A DNA stretch of 64,000 nt, from positions 288,001 through 352,000 of the forward strand of contig CAVQEQ010000001.1 in NCBI GenBank assembly GCA_963711565.1. The letters are read 5' to 3'. A program made the position numbers and the translations under genes. This stretch comes from an uncultured delta proteobacterium. GTDB taxonomy: Bacteria > Desulfobacterota > Binatia > Binatales > Binataceae. Below the pieces are notes generated by a model. The model did no database searches and was not told the DNA's origin. It saw only the letters and a program-made list of their open reading frames with translations. Each line of letters starts with the position of its first letter. The first letter of the stretch is position 1. Shown in pieces: positions 19,071 through 26,940 of the stretch.

Positions 19071-20021
19071 CTACGCGGCGGCTTGCATTTGCGATAGCTC
19101 CGGCTTTGACGCGGCCAGCGCGAGAACTGCCGCGTAGCCGGGCTGAGTCTCCATTCGCGGCCCGTAGCCTTTTGCGAGCAGGATTTTGTGGGCGCGCGGG
19201 AGGTTGTAGCACGGGACTGCCATCAGCAGGTGATGCTCCAGGTGATAGTTCACGAAGTACGGGGCGACGAGTGCGCGCATCAGCCAGTTGGCGTGAGTCG
19301 TGCGCGTGTTGCGCATCGGGTCGTCGTTGTCCGGCGTCATCGAATGCTCGGCGATGCTGCGAATGCGCACGACCAGCTCGTGAAACGTCATGTACGGAAG
19401 CACCCATAGCGCGAAGAAGAGAAACCAGTGGCCCGTCGCCGCGAGGATCGCGAAGATAATTGCATTGGTGACGATCGCACCATGCAGCCGTTTCCATCCC
19501 ATCGCGAGCCGCTGCGACGCCGGCATTGACGCGTTGCCGAACGCCCGGCGAATCAGCGCGGCCTTCTGCTTGTATGCGGTCTGTCCAGTGAGATCGCGAA
19601 TGACCTTGCGCCGCATGCTGCTGCGCGTGATCGGAAACGGCGCCGTCAAGCCCAGGTCGGGATCGTTTTTCTGTTGCGTGAACCGATGGTGCCCCGCGAC
19701 GTGATAGGGGCGGTACGCGTACATGTCGCCGAACAGCGCGTAGTCGGTCAGCCACGTCCCGGCGAAATCGTTCACCTTCATGTTGCTGAACAGCAGGCCG
19801 TGCGAGGCGTCGTGCGACAAGATCGCGAGCCCCAGTTGGCGCGCGCCGATTATCAAGGTTGCGGCTATGAACGTTAGCGGATTCGGCCACAACACGAACA
19901 TCGCCATCGCGCCGAAGATCACCGCCCACGCATGAAATATCATCCATGCCGCGCGCCACTGCGATTTGCGCTTGAGCATCAGCAGTTCGTCGTCGGAGAA
20001 AACGCTACGCGCCTGGAACAT
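19071..20021 (-). CDS. Membrane fatty-acid desaturase family protein
   Basis: His boxes HDASH, HVAGHH, HLEHH; TM segments; SD GGAGGA before ATG 20021. Confidence 0.88.
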   Translation of the reverse strand: MFQARSVFSDDELLMLKRKSQWRAAWMIFHAWAVIFGAMAMFVLWPNPLTFIAATLIIGARQLGLAILSHDASHGLLFSNMKVNDFAGTWLTDYALFGDMYAYRPYHVAGHHRFTQQKNDPDLGLTAPFPITRSSMRRKVIRDLTGQTAYKQKAALIRRAFGNASMPASQRLAMGWKRLHGAIVTNAIIFAILAATGHWFLFFALWVLPYMTFHELVVRIRSIAEHSMTPDNDDPMRNTRTTHANWLMRALVAPYFVNYHLEHHLLMAVPCYNLPRAHKILLAKGYGPRMETQPGYAAVLALAASKPELSQMQAAA

Positions 20022-20063
20022 GCTATCCTCCAATCTTCCGTCGAAGTATCGGGGCGTTTAATC

Positions 20064-20091
20064 TTTGTCTCACAAATCTGTATATAACAGA
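20064..20091. promoter_or_regulatory. Divergent promoter with two adjacent palindromes (TTTGT-N3-ACAAA, TCTGT-N5-ACAGA)
   Basis: Lies between the desaturase and PaaX-like genes; overlaps TATAAC. Confidence 0.45.
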
Positions 20092-20093
20092 GA

Positions 20094-20921
20094 ATGGCAA
20101 CGGTTGCAAATCCTCGTTATGTACCGCGACACCTCACCGCGCGCGAGCTGGTGATTGATTTTCTGTCGAATCGCTATCCGCGTGAGATGTCCGCGCAGGA
20201 AATTTTGGGCGTCGGGATTGCGCTGGGATTCTCCGAGCAGAGTTTGCGGATGGCGCTGACGCGGCTGGTCGAGGGTTCTATCGCCGCTAACACCGGCCGC
20301 GGTCTCTATCGTTTGAGTCCGTCGGGCGAAGCGATGCGCGACGAAGTCCGCAAGTGGCGTCATCTCGACGACCTCGCCAAGCCGTGGTCGGGGGCGTGGA
20401 TAGGGGTGTTCGACGCGAGGGTGCCGCGCAGCGATCGCGCCGCGCTGCGCCGTCATGAACGTGCGACGCGCCTGCGCGGCTTTCGCGAACTACAGGCCGG
20501 TCTCTGGATCCGTCCAGCCAACCTGCGCGACTCCGTCGCTGAGCTGCGCGATCACCTGCGCGCGCTCGGGCTGCATCCGGCCGCGCTGGTCGTCGGCCTG
20601 AGCGATCTCGACGGCGATTCACGAGCGAAGGCCACCAGACTCTGGGATACAGCCGCGATGCTCGCGACGTACCGAGCGCTGTCCGATGAATTGCTCGCGA
20701 GCAAGAGCAAGCTCGAGCGCTTGCCGCTGGATACCGCCGCGGCGGAATCGATGGTGCTCGGGCGCGACGTGATTCGGCACATCAACCTTGACCCGATCCT
20801 GCCGGAAGAGCTGATGCCGAGTCGCGCGCTGGCGACGCTGGTAGGCACGATGACTGACTACGACGCGCACGCCCGCCAGATCTGGCGGCGCTTCATGCGC
20901 GCGCACGCGCCGGGTGAATAG
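20094..20921 (+). CDS. PaaX-family transcriptional regulator
   Basis: N-terminal wHTH (EQSLRMALTRL), PWSGAW, GLWIRP, DPILPEELMP. Confidence 0.85.
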   Translation: MATVANPRYVPRHLTARELVIDFLSNRYPREMSAQEILGVGIALGFSEQSLRMALTRLVEGSIAANTGRGLYRLSPSGEAMRDEVRKWRHLDDLAKPWSGAWIGVFDARVPRSDRAALRRHERATRLRGFRELQAGLWIRPANLRDSVAELRDHLRALGLHPAALVVGLSDLDGDSRAKATRLWDTAAMLATYRALSDELLASKSKLERLPLDTAAAESMVLGRDVIRHINLDPILPEELMPSRALATLVGTMTDYDAHARQIWRRFMRAHAPGE

Positions 20922-20924
20922 TTG

Positions 20925-21001
20925 GTGGCACAGGCTTTAGCCTGTGATTTTCCGGTCCCTGCAAATCCAGGCTGAGGACCACAGGCTAAAGCCTGTGCCA
21001 C
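20925..21001. repeat. REPIN-like inverted pair of 22-bp REPs (GTGGCACAGGCTTTAGCCTGTG)
   Basis: Perfect 22-bp inverted repeat at 20925-20946 / 20980-21001; each arm is itself a hairpin. Confidence 0.85.
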
Positions 21002-21004
21002 TGA

Positions 21005-21039
21005 GTGTTACCGAAGTAACAATGTCTCCCAAGTAACAC
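21005..21039. promoter_or_regulatory. Candidate operator TGTTAC-N4-GTAACA with an extra half-site
   Basis: Palindrome 21006-21021 plus a repeated AAGTAACA at 21031-21038, upstream of the comM-like gene. Confidence 0.4.
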
Positions 21040-21101
21040 GCATTCGCTCGCGGCCCTTCGTTGCGCTACTGTCAACTGGCTGTTAGCAGCGAAGGCACTT
21101 T

Positions 21102-22634
21102 TTGCACGCAAGCGTAATATCCAGCGCGCTGGTCGGCGTTGACGCGTTCCCGGTCGAAGTCGAAATCGACATCGGCGCGGGAATCCCGCCGCATCGGCTC
21201 GTCGGCCTGGCCGAAGGCGCGGTCAAGGAGGCGCTCGATCGGGTCAAGTCCGCGCTAAAAAATTCGGGCTTCGATTTCCCGACGCGCAAGATGACGATCA
21301 ATCTCGCGCCCGCCGACACGCGCAAGGAGGGCTCTGCGTTCGACCTGCCGCTCGCGCTCGGAATACTCGCCGCGCAAAACGTGTTGAAGGATCGCGAGCG
21401 ACTGCGCGCCTATCTCATCCTCGGCGAACTCGCGCTCGACGGCCGTATCAAGGGTATCAAGGGTGCGCTGCCGACCGCGTTGCTCGCGCGCTCATCCAAG
21501 TTCGCCGGCGTGATGCTCCCGCGCGAGAATGCCTCCGAGGCGTCGGTCGTCGGCGAGGGCACCGCGGTGCTCGGGGTCGAGAGTCTGCGCGAGGCGTTCG
21601 AATTCTTCGAGGGGCTCCGTCCGCTCCAATCCGCGCCCGCCGATCTCACGGACGCATTCGGCGCGGCAAACGTTTACAACGTCGATTTCAGCGAGGTCAA
21701 AGGACAGGAGCAGGCCAAGCGCGCGCTCGAAGTCGCGGCGGCCGGCGGTCACAACGTCCTGATGATCGGGCCTCCAGGCTCGGGCAAGACGATGCTGGCC
21801 AAGCGCCTGCCGTCGATTCTCCCCACTATGACTTTTGAGGAAGCGATCGAGACCACCAAGGTGCACTCGGTGATGGGCCTGCTCGACGGCCGCGCGCTGA
21901 TCACGACGCGTCCGTTCCGCTCGCCGCATCACACTATTTCCGACGCGGGGCTGATCGGCGGCGGATCGATTCCGCGCCCCGGCGAGGTCAGCCTCGCGCA
22001 TCACGGCGTGCTCTTCCTCGACGAGTTGCCCGAGTTCCGCAAGAACGTGCTCGAGGTGCTGCGCCAGCCGCTCGAGGATGCGCGCATCACGATCTCGCGC
22101 GTGATGGGCACGCTCACCTTCCCGGCCTCGGTGATGCTGGTGGCCGCGATGAATCCGTGCCCGTGCGGCTTCTACACCGACCCGCAGCACGAATGCTCCT
22201 GTTCGCCGATCGCGATTCAGCGCTATCGCTCGCGCATCTCGGGCCCGCTGCTCGACCGCATCGACATCCACATCGAGGTGCCGGCGGTGAAGTACAAGGA
22301 CCTGACCGACCGCGTCGCGCGAGAGCCGTCGCTCGCGATTCGCGAGCGCGTCAATCGCGCGCGCGAGGCGCAGCTCGCGCGCTTCGCCGGGATGCCGTTT
22401 TTCTGCAACGCGCAGATGCGTGCGAGCGATCTCCGGCTCCATTGCCAAATCGAGGCGGGCGGCGAGCGCCTGCTCGAACTCGCGATCAACCGCCTCGGCC
22501 TGAGCGCGCGCGCCTACACGCGCATCCTGAAAGTCTCGCGCACGATTGCCGATCTCGATGGCGCCGCCGCGATCGCCGCGCATCATGTGAGCGAGGCAAT
22601 CCAGTATCGCTCGCTCGATCGCAGCACTCCTTGA
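21102..22634 (+). CDS. comM: YifB/ComM Mg-chelatase-like AAA+ ATPase
   Basis: [49 protein letters not shown]. Confidence 0.9.
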   Translation: MHASVISSALVGVDAFPVEVEIDIGAGIPPHRLVGLAEGAVKEALDRVKSALKNSGFDFPTRKMTINLAPADTRKEGSAFDLPLALGILAAQNVLKDRERLRAYLILGELALDGRIKGIKGALPTALLARSSKFAGVMLPRENASEASVVGEGTAVLGVESLREAFEFFEGLRPLQSAPADLTDAFGAANVYNVDFSEVKGQEQAKRALEVAAAGGHNVLMIGPPGSGKTMLAKRLPSILPTMTFEEAIETTKVHSVMGLLDGRALITTRPFRSPHHTISDAGLIGGGSIPRPGEVSLAHHGVLFLDELPEFRKNVLEVLRQPLEDARITISRVMGTLTFPASVMLVAAMNPCPCGFYTDPQHECSCSPIAIQRYRSRISGPLLDRIDIHIEVPAVKYKDLTDRVAREPSLAIRERVNRAREAQLARFAGMPFFCNAQMRASDLRLHCQIEAGGERLLELAINRLGLSARAYTRILKVSRTIADLDGAAAIAAHHVSEAIQYRSLDRSTP

Positions 22635-22645
22635 GGCGAAAATGA

Positions 22646-22677
22646 AGCGGGCGGCTCGATCACTCGAGCCGCCCGCT
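22646..22677. terminator. Strong hairpin between convergent genes
   Basis: 14-bp stem AGCGGGCGGCTCGA-TCAC-TCGAGCCGCCCGCT. Confidence 0.7.
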
Positions 22678-22717
22678 GCCAGATCTGCGTTATCTTTATC
22701 TGCGTTATCTTTGGGGC

Positions 22718-23890
22718 CTAGTGGATTTCGTACCCGGCCACGAATTGATCCAGGTCGCCCTCCGACGGGTTCTTCACCACGAACGTGCCCGAGGCAATTA
22801 CGCTCTTGGGGAAGAAGCTCTTCGCACCCGTCTTGGCGTTGCCGAGGGTATTGGTCGGGATCGCGATACCCGTATCTATGTCACCCGAATCGTCGAGCGG
22901 CCGGAACCACAGCTCGTAGTTGGTGCTCGGATTCGCGCCATTCAACGTCACGCTCACTTGGCCGCCTGCCTCGACCTTGTAAGTGCCGTCATTGAGCGGG
23001 TCGCTCCCGCAGTTCTCGAGGGCGCCCGGATAGGTCACGTTTCCACATTGCTGGAGGGTTGACGACGAGACTTTGGGACTCACGAACTTCTCATCAACCT
23101 TGAATCCGGATACGAACTCGTTGGTGCTGCTGCTCTGGAGCACGACTTCGCCCGAGCCGACCGTACCCGCCGCAAATTCAGTGTCCATCACCAGCGTGGC
23201 GCCGCCGGCCTTGTTGGTAGGTCCTACGGTTCCAAGCGCGGTGGACGCTCCGGTGGGAGAAAGCAGGATCGCCGTGTAGCTCGTACTGGGCCGGGCGCCC
23301 GACACATGGATCAACAGGGCACCGTCGGCCTCTTCAACGTCCACACGGCCAATTGCCAGCGAGTCGCTCCCGCAGTTTGAAAGAGTTCCCGGCACAGTCA
23401 CGTCCGTGCATCGCACCAGGCCGGGCTGTGAATCGCGTCGCGACTCGATCCCGTCGTTCGAGACCGACAGCCCCGTGACGAATTCCTCGCCCGCGCCGCT
23501 GGTCAGAACGATGTTGCCGGCGCCGACCGTGCCGAATTTGAAAAAGGCCTCTTTTCGCATCGCGCCGTTTCCGCCGGCGCCGGTCATCAGATTGCCAATC
23601 GAAGTGGTTTGACTGCCGTCGTTCGAGACGAAGCTGACGGCGTAGGTGGTATTGGTTGCCGCACCGAAGAGGGTGACCGTCACGTCGCCTTCATCGCTGA
23701 TCGTTGCGCCGCCAGCGTTGAGCGGATCCTGGCTGGGCGCGCAGGTCGTGAGCGCGGCCGGTGTCGTTACCGCTTTGCATTGCTCGAGCGGCTCGTCGAA
23801 GGTTTGCGCACGCGCCAATCCTGATCCGAGGCAAAGCGCCACTGGCGCGGCAAGCAAAGCGGCCGGCCATTTTCGTAGTGATTGAAACAT
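22718..23890 (-). CDS. Secreted protein with three ~120-aa beta-rich repeats
   Basis: Signal peptide (ARA-Q); three repeats each with a Cys pair; SD GGAGG. Confidence 0.85.
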   Translation of the reverse strand: MFQSLRKWPAALLAAPVALCLGSGLARAQTFDEPLEQCKAVTTPAALTTCAPSQDPLNAGGATISDEGDVTVTLFGAATNTTYAVSFVSNDGSQTTSIGNLMTGAGGNGAMRKEAFFKFGTVGAGNIVLTSGAGEEFVTGLSVSNDGIESRRDSQPGLVRCTDVTVPGTLSNCGSDSLAIGRVDVEEADGALLIHVSGARPSTSYTAILLSPTGASTALGTVGPTNKAGGATLVMDTEFAAGTVGSGEVVLQSSSTNEFVSGFKVDEKFVSPKVSSSTLQQCGNVTYPGALENCGSDPLNDGTYKVEAGGQVSVTLNGANPSTNYELWFRPLDDSGDIDTGIAIPTNTLGNAKTGAKSFFPKSVIASGTFVVKNPSEGDLDQFVAGYEIH

Positions 23891-23962
23891 ACAGATATTC
23901 CTCCTGCCTGTACGTCGATTGCCTGTGCAATCGAGTTGAAAAATTTGCGCTACGGAATGTAA

Positions 23963-23989
23963 GACGCGCGTGGCGGCAAGTCTGTTTAC
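23963..23989 (-). promoter_or_regulatory. Putative ECF sigma promoter GTAAAC-N17-CGTC
   Basis: Same motif and spacing as the two promoters at 26208-26285. Confidence 0.65.
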
Positions 23990-24018
23990 GGATCACTCAA
24001 AAGAATTCGACGGAGTTC

Positions 24019-24594
24019 TTACGGCGTGGGCGCCTGCTCGCGCGGATGCTGACGCCATAATCCCAGACGACGACGTGCTTCGCGGCGCTGCTCCGGCGTC
24101 ATCTGCTGCCATCGATGCCAGTTTGCGAGCATCCGGTCGCGTTGCGCCGGCGGCAGCTGCTCAAATTGCTGGTACCGCTTCATCACGTTCTCGCGTTGAT
24201 CGGCCGGCAGACCGCGGTAGCGCGCATACTCCTGCTGCAATTCATCGCGCCGCGCCTGCGGAAGCTGCCGCCACTTGCGCAATCCTTCGAGCACCCGCCT
24301 GCGCTCCTCAGGCGGCAGATCGCGGAACGTTTCGAAATTCCGCTGCACCCGCTGCCGGTCTTCGGGCGGCATCGATTGCCATCGCCGGTAGTTCTCGAGC
24401 ACGCGCTCACGCTGATCGGGCGTGAGGTTTGCCCATTCCTTCGGATGCTGCGCGACGAGCGCGCGCTCGGCGTCGTTTGACGGCTCCACTGATACGGCAG
24501 GCGACTGCGCATAAGCGGGAACCGCCGACGTAAATCCGCACAGGATCAATCCTGCCAAGATGAACGCGCTCGCGATTCGTCTGCTACGCCTCAT
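24019..24594 (-). CDS. DUF3106-like periplasmic helical repeat protein
   Basis: Signal peptide plus repeated W/FxxLPPEQR-like units (~18 aa). Confidence 0.8.
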   Translation of the reverse strand: MRRSRRIASAFILAGLILCGFTSAVPAYAQSPAVSVEPSNDAERALVAQHPKEWANLTPDQRERVLENYRRWQSMPPEDRQRVQRNFETFRDLPPEERRRVLEGLRKWRQLPQARRDELQQEYARYRGLPADQRENVMKRYQQFEQLPPAQRDRMLANWHRWQQMTPEQRREARRRLGLWRQHPREQAPTP

Positions 24595-25004
24595 TGCTGC
24601 GGCCCCTCAACGTCATTACTTGGATGGCTCGCCGGCGGCGGCGGTTCAGGCGGCTCGCTGACGGCCGAATCCGGCGGAGCGCCTGCTGATTCGGGTGGAG
24701 GCGCTTCCGGTATCTCGCCTGCCGCTCTGGGAGCGGGCGCGCCGTTTCCGTCCGCTTCTCCGTGATTTCCGAGGTAACCCATCTGGTCGAGTGTGCGGAT
24801 CTGCTCGAACATCGAATCGTCCGACGGCGACGCCGCCGGCGCAGCAGCGTACTTCGCGCCGGTGTGACGCGGCTCGAACAAGTCGAGGTTCATCAGCATT
24901 CTCAAGTCCGGTGGCGCGTCCTGCGCCGACGCCCTCCCCTTCTCGGTACCGACCAGCATGGCCGCCAACATTGCGATCGCAGCCACTTTACGACGACGTT
25001 TCAT
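24591..25004 (-). CDS. Exported hypothetical protein in the ECF operon
   Basis: Signal peptide, DLRMLMNLDLFE motif, Pro-rich tail; overlaps both neighbours. Confidence 0.7.
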   Translation of the reverse strand: MKRRRKVAAIAMLAAMLVGTEKGRASAQDAPPDLRMLMNLDLFEPRHTGAKYAAAPAASPSDDSMFEQIRTLDQMGYLGNHGEADGNGAPAPRAAGEIPEAPPPESAGAPPDSAVSEPPEPPPPASHPSNDVEGPQQ

Positions 25005-25551
25005 GGTTCCGGTCGTCCCCGGGCCCCAGCTCATCGAGGTGCTCGATCACGTCATAGTTCTCGAGCAGATCGAGATGCTCGACGACGTGGTAGTTGGCCA
25101 GCAGGCCGACGTCCGCGCTGCTGAGATCCTGTTGCAGCTCGAGCTGATCGACGCCGGGCGCCGGCACCGTTCCCGAGCCGCGATGCATCACGATCGCGAT
25201 CGCGAGCACCGCGACCGCCGCCGCGCCCATCGCCATCGACGGCCAGCCGAAGACCGGCAATCGCAGGTCTGCCCTCCTCCATCGCCATCTTCCGCCGACA
25301 CCGGCGCGCTGGGCCTGGCTCGCGCGCAGCTTGCGTCTCAGCTCGCCGCGGTAATCCGCCCAATCCGGCTCGCGCACAGCATCAACCGCCCGCGCCAGAT
25401 TCGACAGTATCGCCAACGACGCGTCAGCCGACTCGCGGCATTGCGCGCATCCCTCCAGATGCGCACCGACGCGCGCCCGTTCGTCCGCGCTCAATTCGCC
25501 GCGCAGATAAGGTATCAGCTCAGTCTCTGGATGAATGGCAGCCATTTTCAA
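24988..25551 (-). CDS. Zinc-binding (zf-HC2/ZAS) transmembrane anti-sigma factor
   Basis: HLEGCAQC (HxxxCxxC), one TM helix, directly downstream of the ECF sigma gene. Confidence 0.85.
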   Translation of the reverse strand: MKMAAIHPETELIPYLRGELSADERARVGAHLEGCAQCRESADASLAILSNLARAVDAVREPDWADYRGELRRKLRASQAQRAGVGGRWRWRRADLRLPVFGWPSMAMGAAAVAVLAIAIVMHRGSGTVPAPGVDQLELQQDLSSADVGLLANYHVVEHLDLLENYDVIEHLDELGPGDDRNHETSS

Positions 25552-25567
25552 TTACTCAGTCGATTAG

Positions 25568-26137
25568 TCAGTCGTTCGCCATCAACTTGCGGAGCTGCGC
25601 GATTCCGCGATGCACATGCACGCGCGCCGTGGCCTCGGAGCACTTGAGCACCTCGCCGATTTCGCGGCTGGTAAATCCCTCCTGCGTCTGCAGCAACACC
25701 GCGGCACGTTGCTGCGGTGAGAGCTTTTCCAGCGCGGGACGAAGCCGACTGATCGATTGCTTCAGCATCGCGTCGTCCTCGGGCCCCGCGTCACTCGACG
25801 GCGGATCGAAAGCGCGTTCGTCTGGATCGTCGCCGCCGGGACTCGCGAGCGGCGCCAGCCGCCGCCACCATCGGTTCTTGCGCTGATGGTCGATGCACAG
25901 GTTGACCAGAATCCGGTAGAACCAGGTCGAAAAGCGCGAGCGCCCGTCGAATTTCGCTGCGGATTCGTACAGCCGGATGAACGCGTCCTGCGAGACGTCG
26001 CGCGCATCGGCCTCGTTGCCGAGGATCGACGACGCGAGCCGGTAGGCGCGACCCTGATGACGGTCCACCATGAGCTCGAATGCGTCCGCATCGCGCTCGG
26101 CGATTCTTTTGCACAGCTCCTCATCGGAAGGATCCAC
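25568..26137 (-). CDS. ECF RNA polymerase sigma factor
   Basis: DARDVSQDAF, FSTWFYRILVNLCID (region 2); LSPQQR...EIGEVLKCSEATARVHVHRG (region 4). Confidence 0.93.
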   Translation of the reverse strand: MDPSDEELCKRIAERDADAFELMVDRHQGRAYRLASSILGNEADARDVSQDAFIRLYESAAKFDGRSRFSTWFYRILVNLCIDHQRKNRWWRRLAPLASPGGDDPDERAFDPPSSDAGPEDDAMLKQSISRLRPALEKLSPQQRAAVLLQTQEGFTSREIGEVLKCSEATARVHVHRGIAQLRKLMAND

Positions 26138-26207
26138 CTTAGTCAGTCCCAGGGCCGGTCATTTCCGCGCGCCCCGGCGACCGATGTTACAATTTCCCGA
26201 CCCATTT

Positions 26208-26234
26208 GACGAAACAACCTTACAGTTCGTTTAC
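26208..26234 (-). promoter_or_regulatory. Putative ECF autoregulatory promoter GTAAAC-N17-CGTC
   Basis: Minus strand reads GTAAAC GAACTGTAAGGTTGTTT CGTC, upstream of the sigma gene. Confidence 0.65.
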
Positions 26235-26258
26235 ACGATTCATCGCAATATTCGACAC

Positions 26259-26285
26259 GTAAACGAATCCCCAGCCCACCGCGTC
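26259..26285 (+). promoter_or_regulatory. Putative ECF promoter GTAAAC-N17-CGTC (divergent)
   Basis: GTAAAC GAATCCCCAGCCCACCG CGTC, upstream of 26357. Confidence 0.65.
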
Positions 26286-26356
26286 CAACCTCCATCGAAG
26301 AAAGAAGCAATGGCGGCGACGCCATCGAACAACTCGTACTCAACAGGAGAACAGTC

Positions 26357-26872
26357 ATGAACAAGTGCATCACAACTCTCGCGGCAATCGCCTTCGTCGG
26401 CGCGATTAGCGCGACCGCCTTCGCCGGTCCCGTCGGCCGCTTCGACAACGGCTACCTCGACGAGCATCCCGAAGTCGCGGAGCAACTCGCCCACGATCCC
26501 CGGTTGGTGGACAACCCGCAGTTCCTGGCGACGCATCCGGGCCTCGACGACTACTTCGATCATCATCCGGAAGTTCGGACGGAATTGCAGAGTCATCCCG
26601 ACCGCTTCATGGCGCGCGAGGGCTACTACGACAACCACCATGAATGGCACTACGGACATCCGCTGGCGACTACCGATCACTACATGGACTCGCATCCCGA
26701 GGTAGCGCAGCAGTTGGAGAAGGATCCGGCGCTGGTCGACAATCGCGGATACGTCAACAGTCATCCAGGCCTGCACGAGTACTTGGAGAATCATCCAATA
26801 GCGCGCCACGACTGGAAGTCGCACCCGTTCCGCTACATGCACGCAGAGAATCGCTATGATCGTAATCACTAA
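26357..26872 (+). CDS. Secreted His/Pro-rich tandem-repeat protein
   Basis: Signal peptide (AFA-G); two ~60-aa repeats YLDxHPEVAxQL..DP.LVDN..HPGL; SD AGGAG. Confidence 0.85.
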   Translation: MNKCITTLAAIAFVGAISATAFAGPVGRFDNGYLDEHPEVAEQLAHDPRLVDNPQFLATHPGLDDYFDHHPEVRTELQSHPDRFMAREGYYDNHHEWHYGHPLATTDHYMDSHPEVAQQLEKDPALVDNRGYVNSHPGLHEYLENHPIARHDWKSHPFRYMHAENRYDRNH

Positions 26873-26896
26873 GAGATAGGTCGTGGATTGAAGATC

Positions 26897-26928
26897 GGCG
26901 CCGAGCGATCTCGCGATCACTCGGCGCC
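26897..26928. terminator. Hairpin between convergent genes
   Basis: GGCGCCGAGCGATC-TCGC-GATCACTCGGCGCC. Confidence 0.6.
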
Positions 26929-26940
26929 ACAGTCAGAAAA

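Noticed and set aside
22683-22712. 15-bp tandem duplication ATCTGCGTTATCTTT x2
   Set aside because: An isolated slippage-type duplication beside a terminator, with no element between the copies to make it a target-site duplication.
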